A stretch of 64,000 nt of DNA from Aulosira sp. ZfuVER01 (GTDB lineage Bacteria > Cyanobacteriota > Cyanobacteriia > Cyanobacteriales > Nostocaceae): assembly GCA_034530615.2 (NCBI GenBank), contig JAVRCV020000019.1, positions 32,001-96,000 of the forward strand. The letters run 5' to 3'. The translations under genes and the position numbers were made by a program. The notes beneath the pieces are model-generated. The model was not told the origin of the DNA, did not search any database, and worked only from the letters and a program-made list of their open reading frames with translations. This document shows positions 31,241 through 41,456 of the stretch, piece after piece (positions within the stretch are counted from its first letter, which is position 1; the number at the start of each line of letters is the position of its first letter).

Positions 31241-33415
31241 TCATTTAGTAACACCAAATTTTTTATATTCCCTAATATATTTAAAGGGAAAAGGGATTAC
31301 AGTACTTTGTCCCGTGCGGACAAAATCAACATCCATAGTTGGGAGAAGTTGTCTAAATATTAGTTTTGAGCCATCCACCGCAACGATTTTACGAAGATGA
31401 CAGGCATCCTTGAAAGAAAATTTTACATTTTCTCTTCGGTCTCCAACAAAGTAATAAGCTTCTTTTTCAGTTTCACCAAAATATTTGATGTTGAGAGAAG
31501 CGTCAAACAAGTCCTCTTTGCTTTGGTTATCCTGGGGCAACTTCAATCGGATTTGATATTTATCGAGAAGATAATCTCTAAAATAAGTAGCCTCACTTGT
31601 GATACTGACATCAATCTCCTTATCTACTGTCTTCCTTTTTGTTCCCAAATATTGTGCGATTAAAGACTTGAAATCTACTTTTGATATAGGTTGGCTGCCA
31701 ATTTTTTTCAGTTCCGATGAGAATGATTTCAATTTTTCAACATCAAGGTCAGATGCAGATGGTTCTTGCGAAAATTCTTCAACTATATCAGATAACTCAT
31801 ACCCATTTCGTTTATGTTCGGGAAGTTCAGTTTCGACTTCCTTTAAAATATTTTCAATTTTAGATAAGTTAGGAATACTGATTTCATCAGTTATAAATAT
31901 CTGATTTATATCACCAGTATCAGAAATAACAAGACCTTCTAATGTCTCGATTTTATCTCCTGAGCTAACCTCTATCATAAATTTTCTATATTTATCAAAC
32001 TTTTGCCAGTGAAGTAATACATCTTCACCATCTATTTCGTAAAATTCAAAATTACCATTTGGTTGAACTTCCATAAAAATTACATGGTCTGTATCTTCAT
32101 CCCAAGCGGCAAAAGTCCAAATACCTTTTAGTTGCAGTTTAGCCCAATCAAACAAATTCAATGTTCGAGAACTAATGTCACGCTTTATCAGATGTTCCTT
32201 TATAATTGTTTTAACAATAGGATCAGGATCAGAAACACTTTTAGTTGATTCAATTGTCAGATGTTGTCGCTGATATTTATCTGTTGAGGGGAAATATTCG
32301 TCCTTGTGCCCCCTTGTCTCATAAAACTCAGCATCATGTATAATTCTAAAATTTAGAGCGCCTTGTTTGTCACGTTTACCGACTGTGATTAGTTTTTCAT
32401 CAGTAATATAAGGAAGAAGATATTTATTCAGCGTAATTATTAGTTCAGCAGAATCTTCATCATTAACTCTATCAACTATATGTATTGCCTGACCATCAAG
32501 TTTTGAGTGAAGTTGGTTTCGATTTTTAAGTATAGTGTTTTTGAGTTCAATACTGTGGTCAATTTTAAGAGTAGAAAAATCAACGCTCATGTACTCAGAC
32601 AGATATTCTTTAATACTGTTTAAAACTTGAAATAAAATACCTGCCCGGCTTTTCTCAAATTTTGCTATACTTCCAAATTCAAGAAAATTAGTATGAAGCT
32701 TTTTACCTTGTTTAGCGCATTGTATGTAAGACTTTGTAGGATCTGTTTCTTTACCGTCAGATGGAAGCCACCTTCTCAGCGTTCCTGTACCACTATGGAA
32801 CACATATTCAGGTCTTTTAAGAATTTTTCTTAATTCTGCCGTACCTTTATATTCTTTTAATATAGAAACTTTTTTTCGATAAGAGATTACACTAACTTTC
32901 AATAAGAATTCGTTTGTTTTGCTATCATCACGACCAAGAGTGATTTCAGCAACGCCAATCGCATCATAAAGCTTATTTAGCTTATTAGTTAATGGAGGAA
33001 CTTTAAGTAATGCTCCAGTCAGATTTGAGAAATGTAGATGTTTAAATCTAGAGCGTGATGAGCCTAGAGAGTTAATTAATAAGCGGGCAAGTGTTACTTC
33101 ACATATACATTCATCATTTCCAATATAAACAGCCTGGGGTTTTACCTCAATTGCAGATACACTAGCAAATTTAGGATCTGTTCTAAGCTTTTGAAGTAAT
33201 GCGTAAGTATCATTTGATTTTTTCTCAAACATAGCATAGGCATATTGAGCATATCCAACGGACATTGCTTGATAATCATCGCCTATAATACTATCTAGTT
33301 CTTCTGCTCCCCACCACTTGCCATTTTTGTCTCGTTTGAAGCGGATAAAAACAAAATCTCTTTCAATGGCATCAATATGAAAATTGACCTTCAGTCTATT
33401 TGTAAGAATGCTCAT
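31241..33415 (-). CDS. ddmE: DdmE-like divergent prokaryotic Argonaute/PIWI-fold protein (724 aa)
   Basis: Starts 1 nt after the stop of the DdmD-like gene (TGA-A-ATG); size close to DdmE; Argonaute-like N-terminus (ILTNRL), MID-like QHLTIE and PIWI-like C-terminal TVIPFPFKYIREY. Call rests mainly on operon context. Confidence 0.7.
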   Translation of the reverse strand: MSILTNRLKVNFHIDAIERDFVFIRFKRDKNGKWWGAEELDSIIGDDYQAMSVGYAQYAYAMFEKKSNDTYALLQKLRTDPKFASVSAIEVKPQAVYIGNDECICEVTLARLLINSLGSSRSRFKHLHFSNLTGALLKVPPLTNKLNKLYDAIGVAEITLGRDDSKTNEFLLKVSVISYRKKVSILKEYKGTAELRKILKRPEYVFHSGTGTLRRWLPSDGKETDPTKSYIQCAKQGKKLHTNFLEFGSIAKFEKSRAGILFQVLNSIKEYLSEYMSVDFSTLKIDHSIELKNTILKNRNQLHSKLDGQAIHIVDRVNDEDSAELIITLNKYLLPYITDEKLITVGKRDKQGALNFRIIHDAEFYETRGHKDEYFPSTDKYQRQHLTIESTKSVSDPDPIVKTIIKEHLIKRDISSRTLNLFDWAKLQLKGIWTFAAWDEDTDHVIFMEVQPNGNFEFYEIDGEDVLLHWQKFDKYRKFMIEVSSGDKIETLEGLVISDTGDINQIFITDEISIPNLSKIENILKEVETELPEHKRNGYELSDIVEEFSQEPSASDLDVEKLKSFSSELKKIGSQPISKVDFKSLIAQYLGTKRKTVDKEIDVSITSEATYFRDYLLDKYQIRLKLPQDNQSKEDLFDASLNIKYFGETEKEAYYFVGDRRENVKFSFKDACHLRKIVAVDGSKLIFRQLLPTMDVDFVRTGQSTVIPFPFKYIREYKKFGVTK

Positions 33416-33416
33416 T

Positions 33417-36400
33417 TCAAAAATTTTTTCCAATAAATTTAAGTGCTGAATCATTGATTTTATCATTTTTACAGAGATAGGGAATCTCTATAATTTTTCC
33501 ATCAAATGATGGAATCGGAATGAAAGGAGTGTTAGAAGAACCAAGAATGTTGATAACAAAAACCTTTTCTGCTTCAACAATCTCCATTTTTTCACAGATT
33601 TTTTCAATTATTTCATCAGCTTTGACTGCAACCCGATCATTCCATAGTTTGAAGTCTATATAGATATTTTGCTCTGTTTTAAAGTCAAAGAGTTCAAATT
33701 CATTTACATTCAGTTCTAGTAAGGGAATCTTTAAGATGTTTTGAAAAATATGTTTTCCACATACTTCGCCTAATGCCCCTTTATAAATATTGTTGAACAT
33801 CGGAGGGGTCAGCATTAGTTCAGATTTAGGAAATGTTGTTGCCCAGCCAGAATCAGTGAATAATTTATGAAAAGTATCGATTTTCATCAACTCTGAAAGA
33901 CGAGCAGTTCGTTCGCTTACTTCTTTTACTTCTCTTTTTCCGTAGTCATCAGAAAAGAAGACTTCGATATCATCATAGTCATTTTCATGTGAGAAATAAT
34001 ATGAATTGTCTGGGTTTGGCAAATGCAGGTATATATTACTCCAATTAATATTGCATTCTGACTCTTTTGCAATACCTGGTTGATAGAGAACTTGTTCTCT
34101 TAATTCTTGCCATTTTTTAACACTCTGATTTGTCCACGGCGTGCTCAGTTGGCGACGTATATAAGCAGCTGTTTGATTACTTTGATGAGATGCACGGTTT
34201 TGTGCTGCTATTAAATCTTCAGATTGGTTAATCGATTCACCTGCTGATTCAAGGAGAGCAGTATATTCACGAATAGGAATTACATCTTCTGGTAGAGAAA
34301 ATCCAATTATATGTTTTCGGATAGAAGCGTCAGCAAGAATATGAATTGTTGTAGCTTTCATATTAGTACGACATACTCGACCTAGTGCTTGAATAATAAT
34401 TTTATTTAAGTAGCGTGAATAAGCGTTTGTATTGTATGGGTTGATAAAGTCCTCAGCTTTGCGTCTAGGTTTATATCTGTTTATATATCTGTAAAACGCT
34501 TCATCCAACTTGCTTTTAAACTGGTTTAGTGAAAAATCTCCGTTCTCTCGAATAAATTCCAATTGAAAAATATATTTTATAAACTCATCGTCATCTATAT
34601 TATTTCCAAATATATTAACAATAATATTTGTTGGGTTATCTAAATATATTCCGTTAATATCCATATTTGAATGCTTGGGAAAGCTATTAATATGTATTGG
34701 CTCTACCCCCAAAGGAATTGGAAATTGTAAATTTTGTCCAACACCAATGGTTTGGTATGCAGAAATAATAAATCGGCGTTTATTATCTTTTAGCTCATTG
34801 AGCAGTTTTTCCTTGTTCGCATCAAAGTTATTTCCACTAAGTACAAAGAATGTATCAGCTACAGAACTATCAATATTATTTGGATTGCTTTCTAATAAAA
34901 GTTCCGCATATTTATGCAATATATGCAGGTCGAATTTTGGATCGGAAGGCTTTGGTAATTTATTGAAAAGACAAAGGAACGCATGACAATCAGGATGATC
35001 TAAAAAATATTGCCATGCAGTTAAAGCTCTGACATAACGGCAAAATGCAAACTTAATACTTTCCTCCTTCTCATCAGTAATGGTATGAAGAAGAGTATTC
35101 CATAAATCCTGGGCTGCTTCTCGATCATTCAAAAGCTCTTCAAGCTGTTTGATTGCTTGATCTTGTGAATCTGTACCAATAAATTGAGTTTTTATAGAGA
35201 CTTTATCATAGCCTTGAGTTGCTTCATTATATACGTTTTTCAGTTTAACAAGCGCATCATCTTTAATACGTATAAATGAATCTCCTAAACGAGATTTCAA
35301 ATACTCTAGATCATAATTGCCAATATTTGTATAAAGTCCGGCAGTAGCTGAAATACCGACTACAAAACCCTTTGAGCAAACTCCAGCTAAAAAAGATTCG
35401 GGTGTACGGCTGAAGTTAAACATATATATTTTTGATAATGTATCATGCTCATCACTATCGACGATATCGTAGTAACGAAAGCCTGTATCATAAAAATTTT
35501 GACTTTGTATTGAGCCTTGATAAGGTTGCAAGCCATAAGGTAAATCATCTTCAAGAATTCTATTGGTTAAAAACTCGACATCTTTAAGGTGGAAATTATT
35601 AAGAACTGTCTGAATAGCTAATTTCAGTGGAAAAGTTTCCTTACCGCCTTTATCTTCTTCTTTTAAACGGCGATAGTTATTTGCTAAATATTTAACTCCT
35701 GTCTGAAAATAGGATAAATATCCTGTAATACTACTCAGCAATTCCTGTATGTCAATACCTGATTTTTGATGTTTAATATCAAAGGCTTTAATCCAATTTG
35801 TACGACTATCTATATCTCCAATAATCTCTACACGTTGATTACGATCCAGAACATTATGGAATTTATAATCATAAAAAAGAAAGTTTCTTTCCTTAGTTGG
35901 AAATTCATTATGAGATTTACAAATATGCTGTAATTCATATTTATTAAATATATAGTTGGCTTTTTCTCGCAATGATTCAATCTGCTCTCGTAGAGATGGC
36001 CAATTTTTGCCTGAAGATTTTTTCTTTCGCCATTTCGATTCTTGCAGGAGTACTTCAGGACATTCGGTTTGCATCAGATGATTATGAATATTCAAAAATA
36101 AATCAATAAGATCCACCCGATGCCGTAATCCAGACTTAATAATATTTTTGAGTACAGCGTCTTTGGTAGTATCGAACTCATCAATAAAAATAACTGACTC
36201 ATTAATCAACCGCTCATAAAAGTAATATGATGGTTCCACAAGTGTTGTATTTTGAGCGACGAATTTATCTATACTAAGAAATAAAATAGTCTTATCGTCT
36301 GTAAATACTGCAGGATAAAGTTCTTTTATCCATTGATAATCTTGATTATTCTTTATAGCCGACAGACGGGCTTTTTTATTTTCAAAATTTTTTGACAATG

Positions 36401-36857
36401 TTTTTATTATAATGTCTCGGAATGCTGGCTCAATATTTTTACGAATCTCTGCTTTAATGCTTTCTTTAAAAGATATGGGAATTTGCTCTGTTTGGAGTAT
36501 TTCTATATATTTTTTGAGTTGTAAATATATTTCATTCTTAAATTTGTCAGGAATTTGATGTTCAATATTTAGCAAATTTTTAATAACAGGATCTACATTA
36601 GAGTCAACAAAAAGAACATATTTTTCAAAATCTTCTTCATTTCCATTGTCGATAAATAGTTTTCTGAGTTCGTCAATGGGTAGATTTTTCTTAAGGTTGG
36701 TAATAAACAGAATCTTTTTCTCTTCTTTGGCAAACTCTTTATAATTAGAATATATAAACTTTAGAACGTTGTAGGTTTTGCCAAAACCAGTTGGCATACT
36801 GAGGAGAAGCAGACCAGGATTATCTTGTTTACAGTATTGGTTTAATATTTCTTCCAT
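33417..36857 (-). CDS. ddmD: DdmD-like SF2 helicase fused to a C-terminal PD-(D/E)xK nuclease (1146 aa)
   Basis: Walker A PTGFGKT, Walker B IDEFD, motif III GISATA, motif V GVGQN, motif VI QALGRVCRT; nuclease E..FD...IDFK; LTPPMFNNIYKGALGE and NYDLEYLKSRLG resemble Vibrio cholerae DdmD segments as I recall them. Confidence 0.85.
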   Translation of the reverse strand: MEEILNQYCKQDNPGLLLLSMPTGFGKTYNVLKFIYSNYKEFAKEEKKILFITNLKKNLPIDELRKLFIDNGNEEDFEKYVLFVDSNVDPVIKNLLNIEHQIPDKFKNEIYLQLKKYIEILQTEQIPISFKESIKAEIRKNIEPAFRDIIIKTLSKNFENKKARLSAIKNNQDYQWIKELYPAVFTDDKTILFLSIDKFVAQNTTLVEPSYYFYERLINESVIFIDEFDTTKDAVLKNIIKSGLRHRVDLIDLFLNIHNHLMQTECPEVLLQESKWRKKKSSGKNWPSLREQIESLREKANYIFNKYELQHICKSHNEFPTKERNFLFYDYKFHNVLDRNQRVEIIGDIDSRTNWIKAFDIKHQKSGIDIQELLSSITGYLSYFQTGVKYLANNYRRLKEEDKGGKETFPLKLAIQTVLNNFHLKDVEFLTNRILEDDLPYGLQPYQGSIQSQNFYDTGFRYYDIVDSDEHDTLSKIYMFNFSRTPESFLAGVCSKGFVVGISATAGLYTNIGNYDLEYLKSRLGDSFIRIKDDALVKLKNVYNEATQGYDKVSIKTQFIGTDSQDQAIKQLEELLNDREAAQDLWNTLLHTITDEKEESIKFAFCRYVRALTAWQYFLDHPDCHAFLCLFNKLPKPSDPKFDLHILHKYAELLLESNPNNIDSSVADTFFVLSGNNFDANKEKLLNELKDNKRRFIISAYQTIGVGQNLQFPIPLGVEPIHINSFPKHSNMDINGIYLDNPTNIIVNIFGNNIDDDEFIKYIFQLEFIRENGDFSLNQFKSKLDEAFYRYINRYKPRRKAEDFINPYNTNAYSRYLNKIIIQALGRVCRTNMKATTIHILADASIRKHIIGFSLPEDVIPIREYTALLESAGESINQSEDLIAAQNRASHQSNQTAAYIRRQLSTPWTNQSVKKWQELREQVLYQPGIAKESECNINWSNIYLHLPNPDNSYYFSHENDYDDIEVFFSDDYGKREVKEVSERTARLSELMKIDTFHKLFTDSGWATTFPKSELMLTPPMFNNIYKGALGEVCGKHIFQNILKIPLLELNVNEFELFDFKTEQNIYIDFKLWNDRVAVKADEIIEKICEKMEIVEAEKVFVINILGSSNTPFIPIPSFDGKIIEIPYLCKNDKINDSALKFIGKNF

Positions 36858-37125
36858 ATCCCTGACATTCTTAAGAAAGTTTAAAATATTCAGATGTGAA
36901 TGCTACATTTAGCTAGCGATCGCTAACTACGAAACCATTATTAGCAGTAAAAGGCAAGGATAAACAAATATCTCAGTTATCCTACTGTTAATGCACAGTA
37001 GCGTTTGATTCAGTTATGGTTACACAAAAAGTGCCAAAGTACAAAATTAAATTTAAATTTTGTCAAACGTTTTATTTTTAAATTAAAGAGAGACTAGATT
37101 CTATAAACGATACGAAAAAGTAGCT

Positions 37126-38550
37126 ATGGGAAGCAGTGAAGCATTTGATTCCTCAAGTAACTCTCCGTCTGTGCCAAGGGTCAATCTGCTGACCATGTTT
37201 AGGCTAGGCTTGTTTCAAATGGGGTTGAGTATGATGTCTATCTTGACTCTGGGGGTACTTAACAGAGTCATGATTCAGGAAATAGCAATTCCAGCAACGT
37301 TAGTGTCGTTAGTTCTAGCATTACCAGCTTTTGTGTCGCCTTCGCGCATCTGGTTTGGTCAGATATCAGATGCCAAGCCAATGTGGGGTTATCATCGTAC
37401 AGCTTATGTTTGGGTAGGAGCTGCAATATTTGCGATCGCGGCATTTTTAGCCATAAAAGTGATGTGGCAGTTAAATCTTGCCGCTAGTGGTGCTAATGGT
37501 TGGGCTTGGACAACTCAAACAATTGGCTGGACTGCACTGCTATCTTTGATTTTTGCTGTGTATGGTTTAGGAATTTGCGCCAGTGGTACTGCTTTCGCCG
37601 CTTTGTTAGTAGACGTATCTGAAGAAGATAACCGTCCTAAAGTAGTGGGTATAGTTTGGTCAATGTTGATGGTGGGAATTATTGTAGGAGCAATTATCGC
37701 TAGTAAGTTGCTACCACCAGAAGTAACTGCAACCAACTTAGAAGCAGCAGTCAATCGATTATTTATTATTGTCCCAGCTATCGTATTTGGACTGGCGATC
37801 GCATCTACACTTGGCGTTGAGAAAAAATACTCGCAATATACCAGCCGTTCCACGCTGGTAAACCGAGAAGACAGCATTACCTTAAGTGCTGCTTGGAAAA
37901 TTTTAACAGCAAGCCCCCAAACAGGTTTGTTTTTCACCTTTTTGGTGGTGATGACGCTGTGCTTGTTTATGCAAGACCCAATTTTAGAACCTTATGCGGG
38001 TCAGGTGTTTAAGATGCCGTTAGCTGAAAGCACCAAATTAAACATTTACTACGGTATGGGCTTGCTAATTGCTTACGCCGTAGCTGGCTTTTTGATTGTG
38101 CCGCGTTTAGGTAAGCGCAAAAGCGCCCGTCTAGGCTGTATGTTGGTGGCATTGTGTACAGTATTGCTAGGTATTTCGGGATTCACCGCTAATGCAGCTT
38201 TTCTGAAACTGGGTTTAGTTTTATTTGGTTTAGCAACTGGTTTCTTAACAACAGCAGCAATTAGCTTGATGCTGGATTTGACGGCAGCCGAAGCCGCCGG
38301 GACATTTATTGGCGCATGGGGACTAGCACAGTCCATTTCTAGAGGAGTAGCTGTGGTGATTGGCGGTACGCTTTTGGATATAGGGCGCAGAACACTACCC
38401 AGTCTAGAACTAGCTTATGGATTGGTATTTGCCTTAGAAGCAGTGGGAATGGTGGTGTCGATATGGTTTCTTAACCGCGTCAACATCACAGAATTTCAAA
38501 CTAATACCAAACAAGCGATCGCTTCTGTCTTAGAAAGCGATCTAGACTAA
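37126..38550 (+). CDS. BCD (PucC-like) family MFS transporter
   Basis: RLGLFQMG...LNRVMI, HRTAYV, MQDPILEPY, GTFIGAWG. Confidence 0.9.
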   Translation: MGSSEAFDSSSNSPSVPRVNLLTMFRLGLFQMGLSMMSILTLGVLNRVMIQEIAIPATLVSLVLALPAFVSPSRIWFGQISDAKPMWGYHRTAYVWVGAAIFAIAAFLAIKVMWQLNLAASGANGWAWTTQTIGWTALLSLIFAVYGLGICASGTAFAALLVDVSEEDNRPKVVGIVWSMLMVGIIVGAIIASKLLPPEVTATNLEAAVNRLFIIVPAIVFGLAIASTLGVEKKYSQYTSRSTLVNREDSITLSAAWKILTASPQTGLFFTFLVVMTLCLFMQDPILEPYAGQVFKMPLAESTKLNIYYGMGLLIAYAVAGFLIVPRLGKRKSARLGCMLVALCTVLLGISGFTANAAFLKLGLVLFGLATGFLTTAAISLMLDLTAAEAAGTFIGAWGLAQSISRGVAVVIGGTLLDIGRRTLPSLELAYGLVFALEAVGMVVSIWFLNRVNITEFQTNTKQAIASVLESDLD

Positions 38551-38639
38551 TTAATATTTGATGTATGGGTAATAGGGGCTAGAAGTTACAAATTCCATCC
38601 CCACTCCCTACTCTCTATTCCCTACTCCCTAGTAATCAA

Positions 38640-39446
38640 ATGAATGACTTTTGGACGACAATTCTCGATTTTGCCCAAACTACCACTACCAGAGTGGGTA
38701 AGCAACTAATGCAGGATTTTGGGCAGGTGCAGGCTTTACAAAAAGCTGATGGCAGTTTGGTGACTCAAGCTGATAAATGGGCGGATCAAACAATTCGAGA
38801 TGCGATCGCTTCTACTTTCCCCGGTTATGGCATTTTAAGCGAAGAGGCGGATCGCGTTTTTCCTGGTACAGAATGGTGCTGGGTAATTGACCCTTTGGAC
38901 GGTACAACTAACTTTACACGGGGCATTCCTATTTGGACGATTTCGTTAGGGTTACTGTATCAAGGAACACCAGTTTTTGGTTTCGTCTACGCGCCAACAC
39001 TGAATCAAACTTTTCACGGTTTTTGGGCAGGTTCATCTGGATTAGCAACGCCAACTGGGGCTTTTCTTAACCATCATCCCATCCACACAAGCCCTGATGC
39101 TCCTAGCAATAATCACTTTTTTAATCTCTGTTCTCGCAGTACGGCAGCTGTACAACCAGACTTTCCCTGTAAAATTCGGATGCTGGGTGTAGCTAGCTAT
39201 AACTTCCTGACCGTGGCGACTGGGGCAACCTTGGGTGGTATTGAAGCTACGCCCAAAGTTTGGGACTTAGCAGGTGCTTGGGTAATTGTCCAAGCGGCTG
39301 GTGGTACTTGGTTATCTCTAAAATCCGAGCCATTTCCTTTGGTAGCAGGGGAAGATTACAGCGATCGCTCTTTTCCTACCCTTGTTATTAGCCGTTCCGA
39401 ATTGGTTCCAGTGTTTACACCGTTTTTAGAACGTGTAAAAATTTAA
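38640..39446 (+). CDS. Inositol monophosphatase family protein
   Basis: LVTQAD, ILSEE, WVIDPLDGTTNF, WDLAG. Confidence 0.92.
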   Translation: MNDFWTTILDFAQTTTTRVGKQLMQDFGQVQALQKADGSLVTQADKWADQTIRDAIASTFPGYGILSEEADRVFPGTEWCWVIDPLDGTTNFTRGIPIWTISLGLLYQGTPVFGFVYAPTLNQTFHGFWAGSSGLATPTGAFLNHHPIHTSPDAPSNNHFFNLCSRSTAAVQPDFPCKIRMLGVASYNFLTVATGATLGGIEATPKVWDLAGAWVIVQAAGGTWLSLKSEPFPLVAGEDYSDRSFPTLVISRSELVPVFTPFLERVKI

Positions 39447-39602
39447 ACACGATATAAAAAATCTTTAGGTTATAAAATATACCAGTAAAACCCTTGCCCA
39501 ACAAGGGTTTCAATATATTGAAAGTTGAGTTAATTATGTGCAGCTAATTTATACTGTGTTGGCATCCCATAATGTTGCAGTGGGGCACTGAGTAAAATAG
39601 CC

Positions 39603-40190
39603 ATGTTGTCCAATTTAGATTTGATGCGAGTCTTTGTTTATAGCTCCATCCAGAAACAAGAAGTCTTACTGTCAAACCCTTTTTTGACAGCGCAAACAGT
39701 ATATAAAAGTAACCAAGTAATAGCCAAAATAGAAGGTGTCATTGCTACTTCAGAACTCACTGACACGGTATCATTATTTTCTATTAATGCAACTTCATCC
39801 TATTGGGATGTGATGAATGAGGTATTGGCTGACTATAGCTATATTCTCACAGGCGAAATCGATCGTCGGGGTTTTTATGAGTATCGCTACTGCCAAGTAC
39901 CTAATGGTTATAAAATGCATGGCACCAAATCGGTCTACCTATGGCGAGCCTGGTGGAAATATCGTAAATATTCTTTACAATTGGGAATTCCATTAGAACT
40001 GCTGATCCGCACACGAGATGCATGGTATCCCATCAGAGATTTAACTATTAGTGACGGACTTCTCTATATTAAAACCCTAGGGAATGAGATAGCAGTACAC
40101 GCAGATGACCTAGTAACTTGGTTAAGCAAAACTCAGCCAAATTCAAACAATACAACCTCCACTGCAATTCGTGAGAAAAAGCTAGAGTAA
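39603..40190 (+). CDS. Conserved hypothetical cyanobacterial protein
   Basis: 195-aa ORF with a Trp-rich core (LWRAWWK, WYPIRD). Confidence 0.7.
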   Translation: MLSNLDLMRVFVYSSIQKQEVLLSNPFLTAQTVYKSNQVIAKIEGVIATSELTDTVSLFSINATSSYWDVMNEVLADYSYILTGEIDRRGFYEYRYCQVPNGYKMHGTKSVYLWRAWWKYRKYSLQLGIPLELLIRTRDAWYPIRDLTISDGLLYIKTLGNEIAVHADDLVTWLSKTQPNSNNTTSTAIREKKLE

Positions 40191-40276
40191 TACCAATTCA
40201 AAATTCAAAATTAAGAATCCAGACAGGACAATGGTTTGGGGCTGTGTATCTGTCGCATTCTTTTTTAAATAAGTAC
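40190..40276. repeat. Degenerate dispersed repeat related to the ATACCAATT-ended family
   Basis: Starts ATACCAATTC...TTAAGAAT like the 19592/50159 elements; internal imperfect IR (agaatccagaca / tgtcgcattct). Confidence 0.45.
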
Positions 40277-40406
40277 AATTTTATACTTAACTATTGTTTT
40301 GTACTGTTCCATATCAGTAATTTTTGCTAACTCAAATGTAAAATGATAGCTGCTACTGCTTTTTAGTTAGAGCATTACCCGTCCTGAATCTTATTGGTCA
40401 AATACA

Positions 40407-41360
40407 ATGAAAGGACTCTGGCTCGAAAACAACCAATTACAATTACGCACAGACATACCAACGCCGGAACCACCACCAGGAGAAGCCCTTGTGCGTGTTC
40501 TACGTGCAGGGATTTGTAATACTGACTTAGAACTGCTCAGAGGCTACTATCCTTACAGTGGTATTTTAGGACATGAGTTTGTTGGTGTTGTTGAACAAGG
40601 GCCAGAAAACCTACTTAACCAGCGGGTAGTGGGAGAAATTAATGCTGTTTGCGGACATTGTCGATTTTGCCTTAGCAGCCAATCAACTCACTGTGAAAAC
40701 CGCACTGTACTTGGTATAGTTAATCGCTACGGAGCTTTTGCTGAATATCTATGTTTGCCAATAGCAAACTTACATCCTGTACCTGAGAATGTACCAACAG
40801 ACGTAGCAACATTTACTGAACCCATAGCAGCAGCTTTAGAAATTCAGCAACAAGTGAAGTTAGGTACTAATGACCGAGTGCTGGTTGTGGGAGATGGTAA
40901 GCTGGGACAGCTAGTGGCACAGACAATAGCTCTGACAGGCTGCGAACTTTTGGTAGTGGGGCGTCATCAAGATAAACTCGCTAACCTAGAAGCACGTGGC
41001 ATTAAAACGAGTTTAGCCGACGCTGTGACAGATAGATTTTTCGATATATCAGTAGAGTGTACTGGTAATCCAGAAGGATTTGCGATCGCCCGCCGCGCCT
41101 TACGTCCTAGGGGTACATTGGTACTTAAAAGTACTTATGCTGGAAACCTCAGTTTAGATGCATCTTCTTTGGTAGTAGATGAAATAACTCTAATTGGTTC
41201 CCGTTGTGGCCCCTTTGCTCCTGCACTCCAATTGCTAGCAACAGGACAAGTGGATGTACAACCCCTAATTCATGCTCGCTATCACCTCAGCGAAGGGCTT
41301 GAAGCATTTAAATATGCTCAGAGTCGAGGTGTTTTAAAAGTTTTGTTAGAAATTAGTTAA
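40407..41360 (+). CDS. Zinc-dependent MDR-family alcohol dehydrogenase
   Basis: GICNTD, GHEFVG, CGHCRFC...C structural Zn site, GDGKLG. Confidence 0.92.
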   Translation: MKGLWLENNQLQLRTDIPTPEPPPGEALVRVLRAGICNTDLELLRGYYPYSGILGHEFVGVVEQGPENLLNQRVVGEINAVCGHCRFCLSSQSTHCENRTVLGIVNRYGAFAEYLCLPIANLHPVPENVPTDVATFTEPIAAALEIQQQVKLGTNDRVLVVGDGKLGQLVAQTIALTGCELLVVGRHQDKLANLEARGIKTSLADAVTDRFFDISVECTGNPEGFAIARRALRPRGTLVLKSTYAGNLSLDASSLVVDEITLIGSRCGPFAPALQLLATGQVDVQPLIHARYHLSEGLEAFKYAQSRGVLKVLLEIS

Positions 41361-41456
41361 TTGTCAGTTGTCATGGCTCAATAGTCCAAAGTCAATAGCC
41401 AATAGTCAATAGTCATTCGTTATTTCCCCCTTGTCCCCCTTTCCCCTCTCATCTGT

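Noticed and set aside
33415..33466. Longer start (MIKSM...) for the DdmE-like ORF
   Set aside because: Overlaps ddmD by 50 nt; ATG 33415 directly after the ddmD stop is more plausible.
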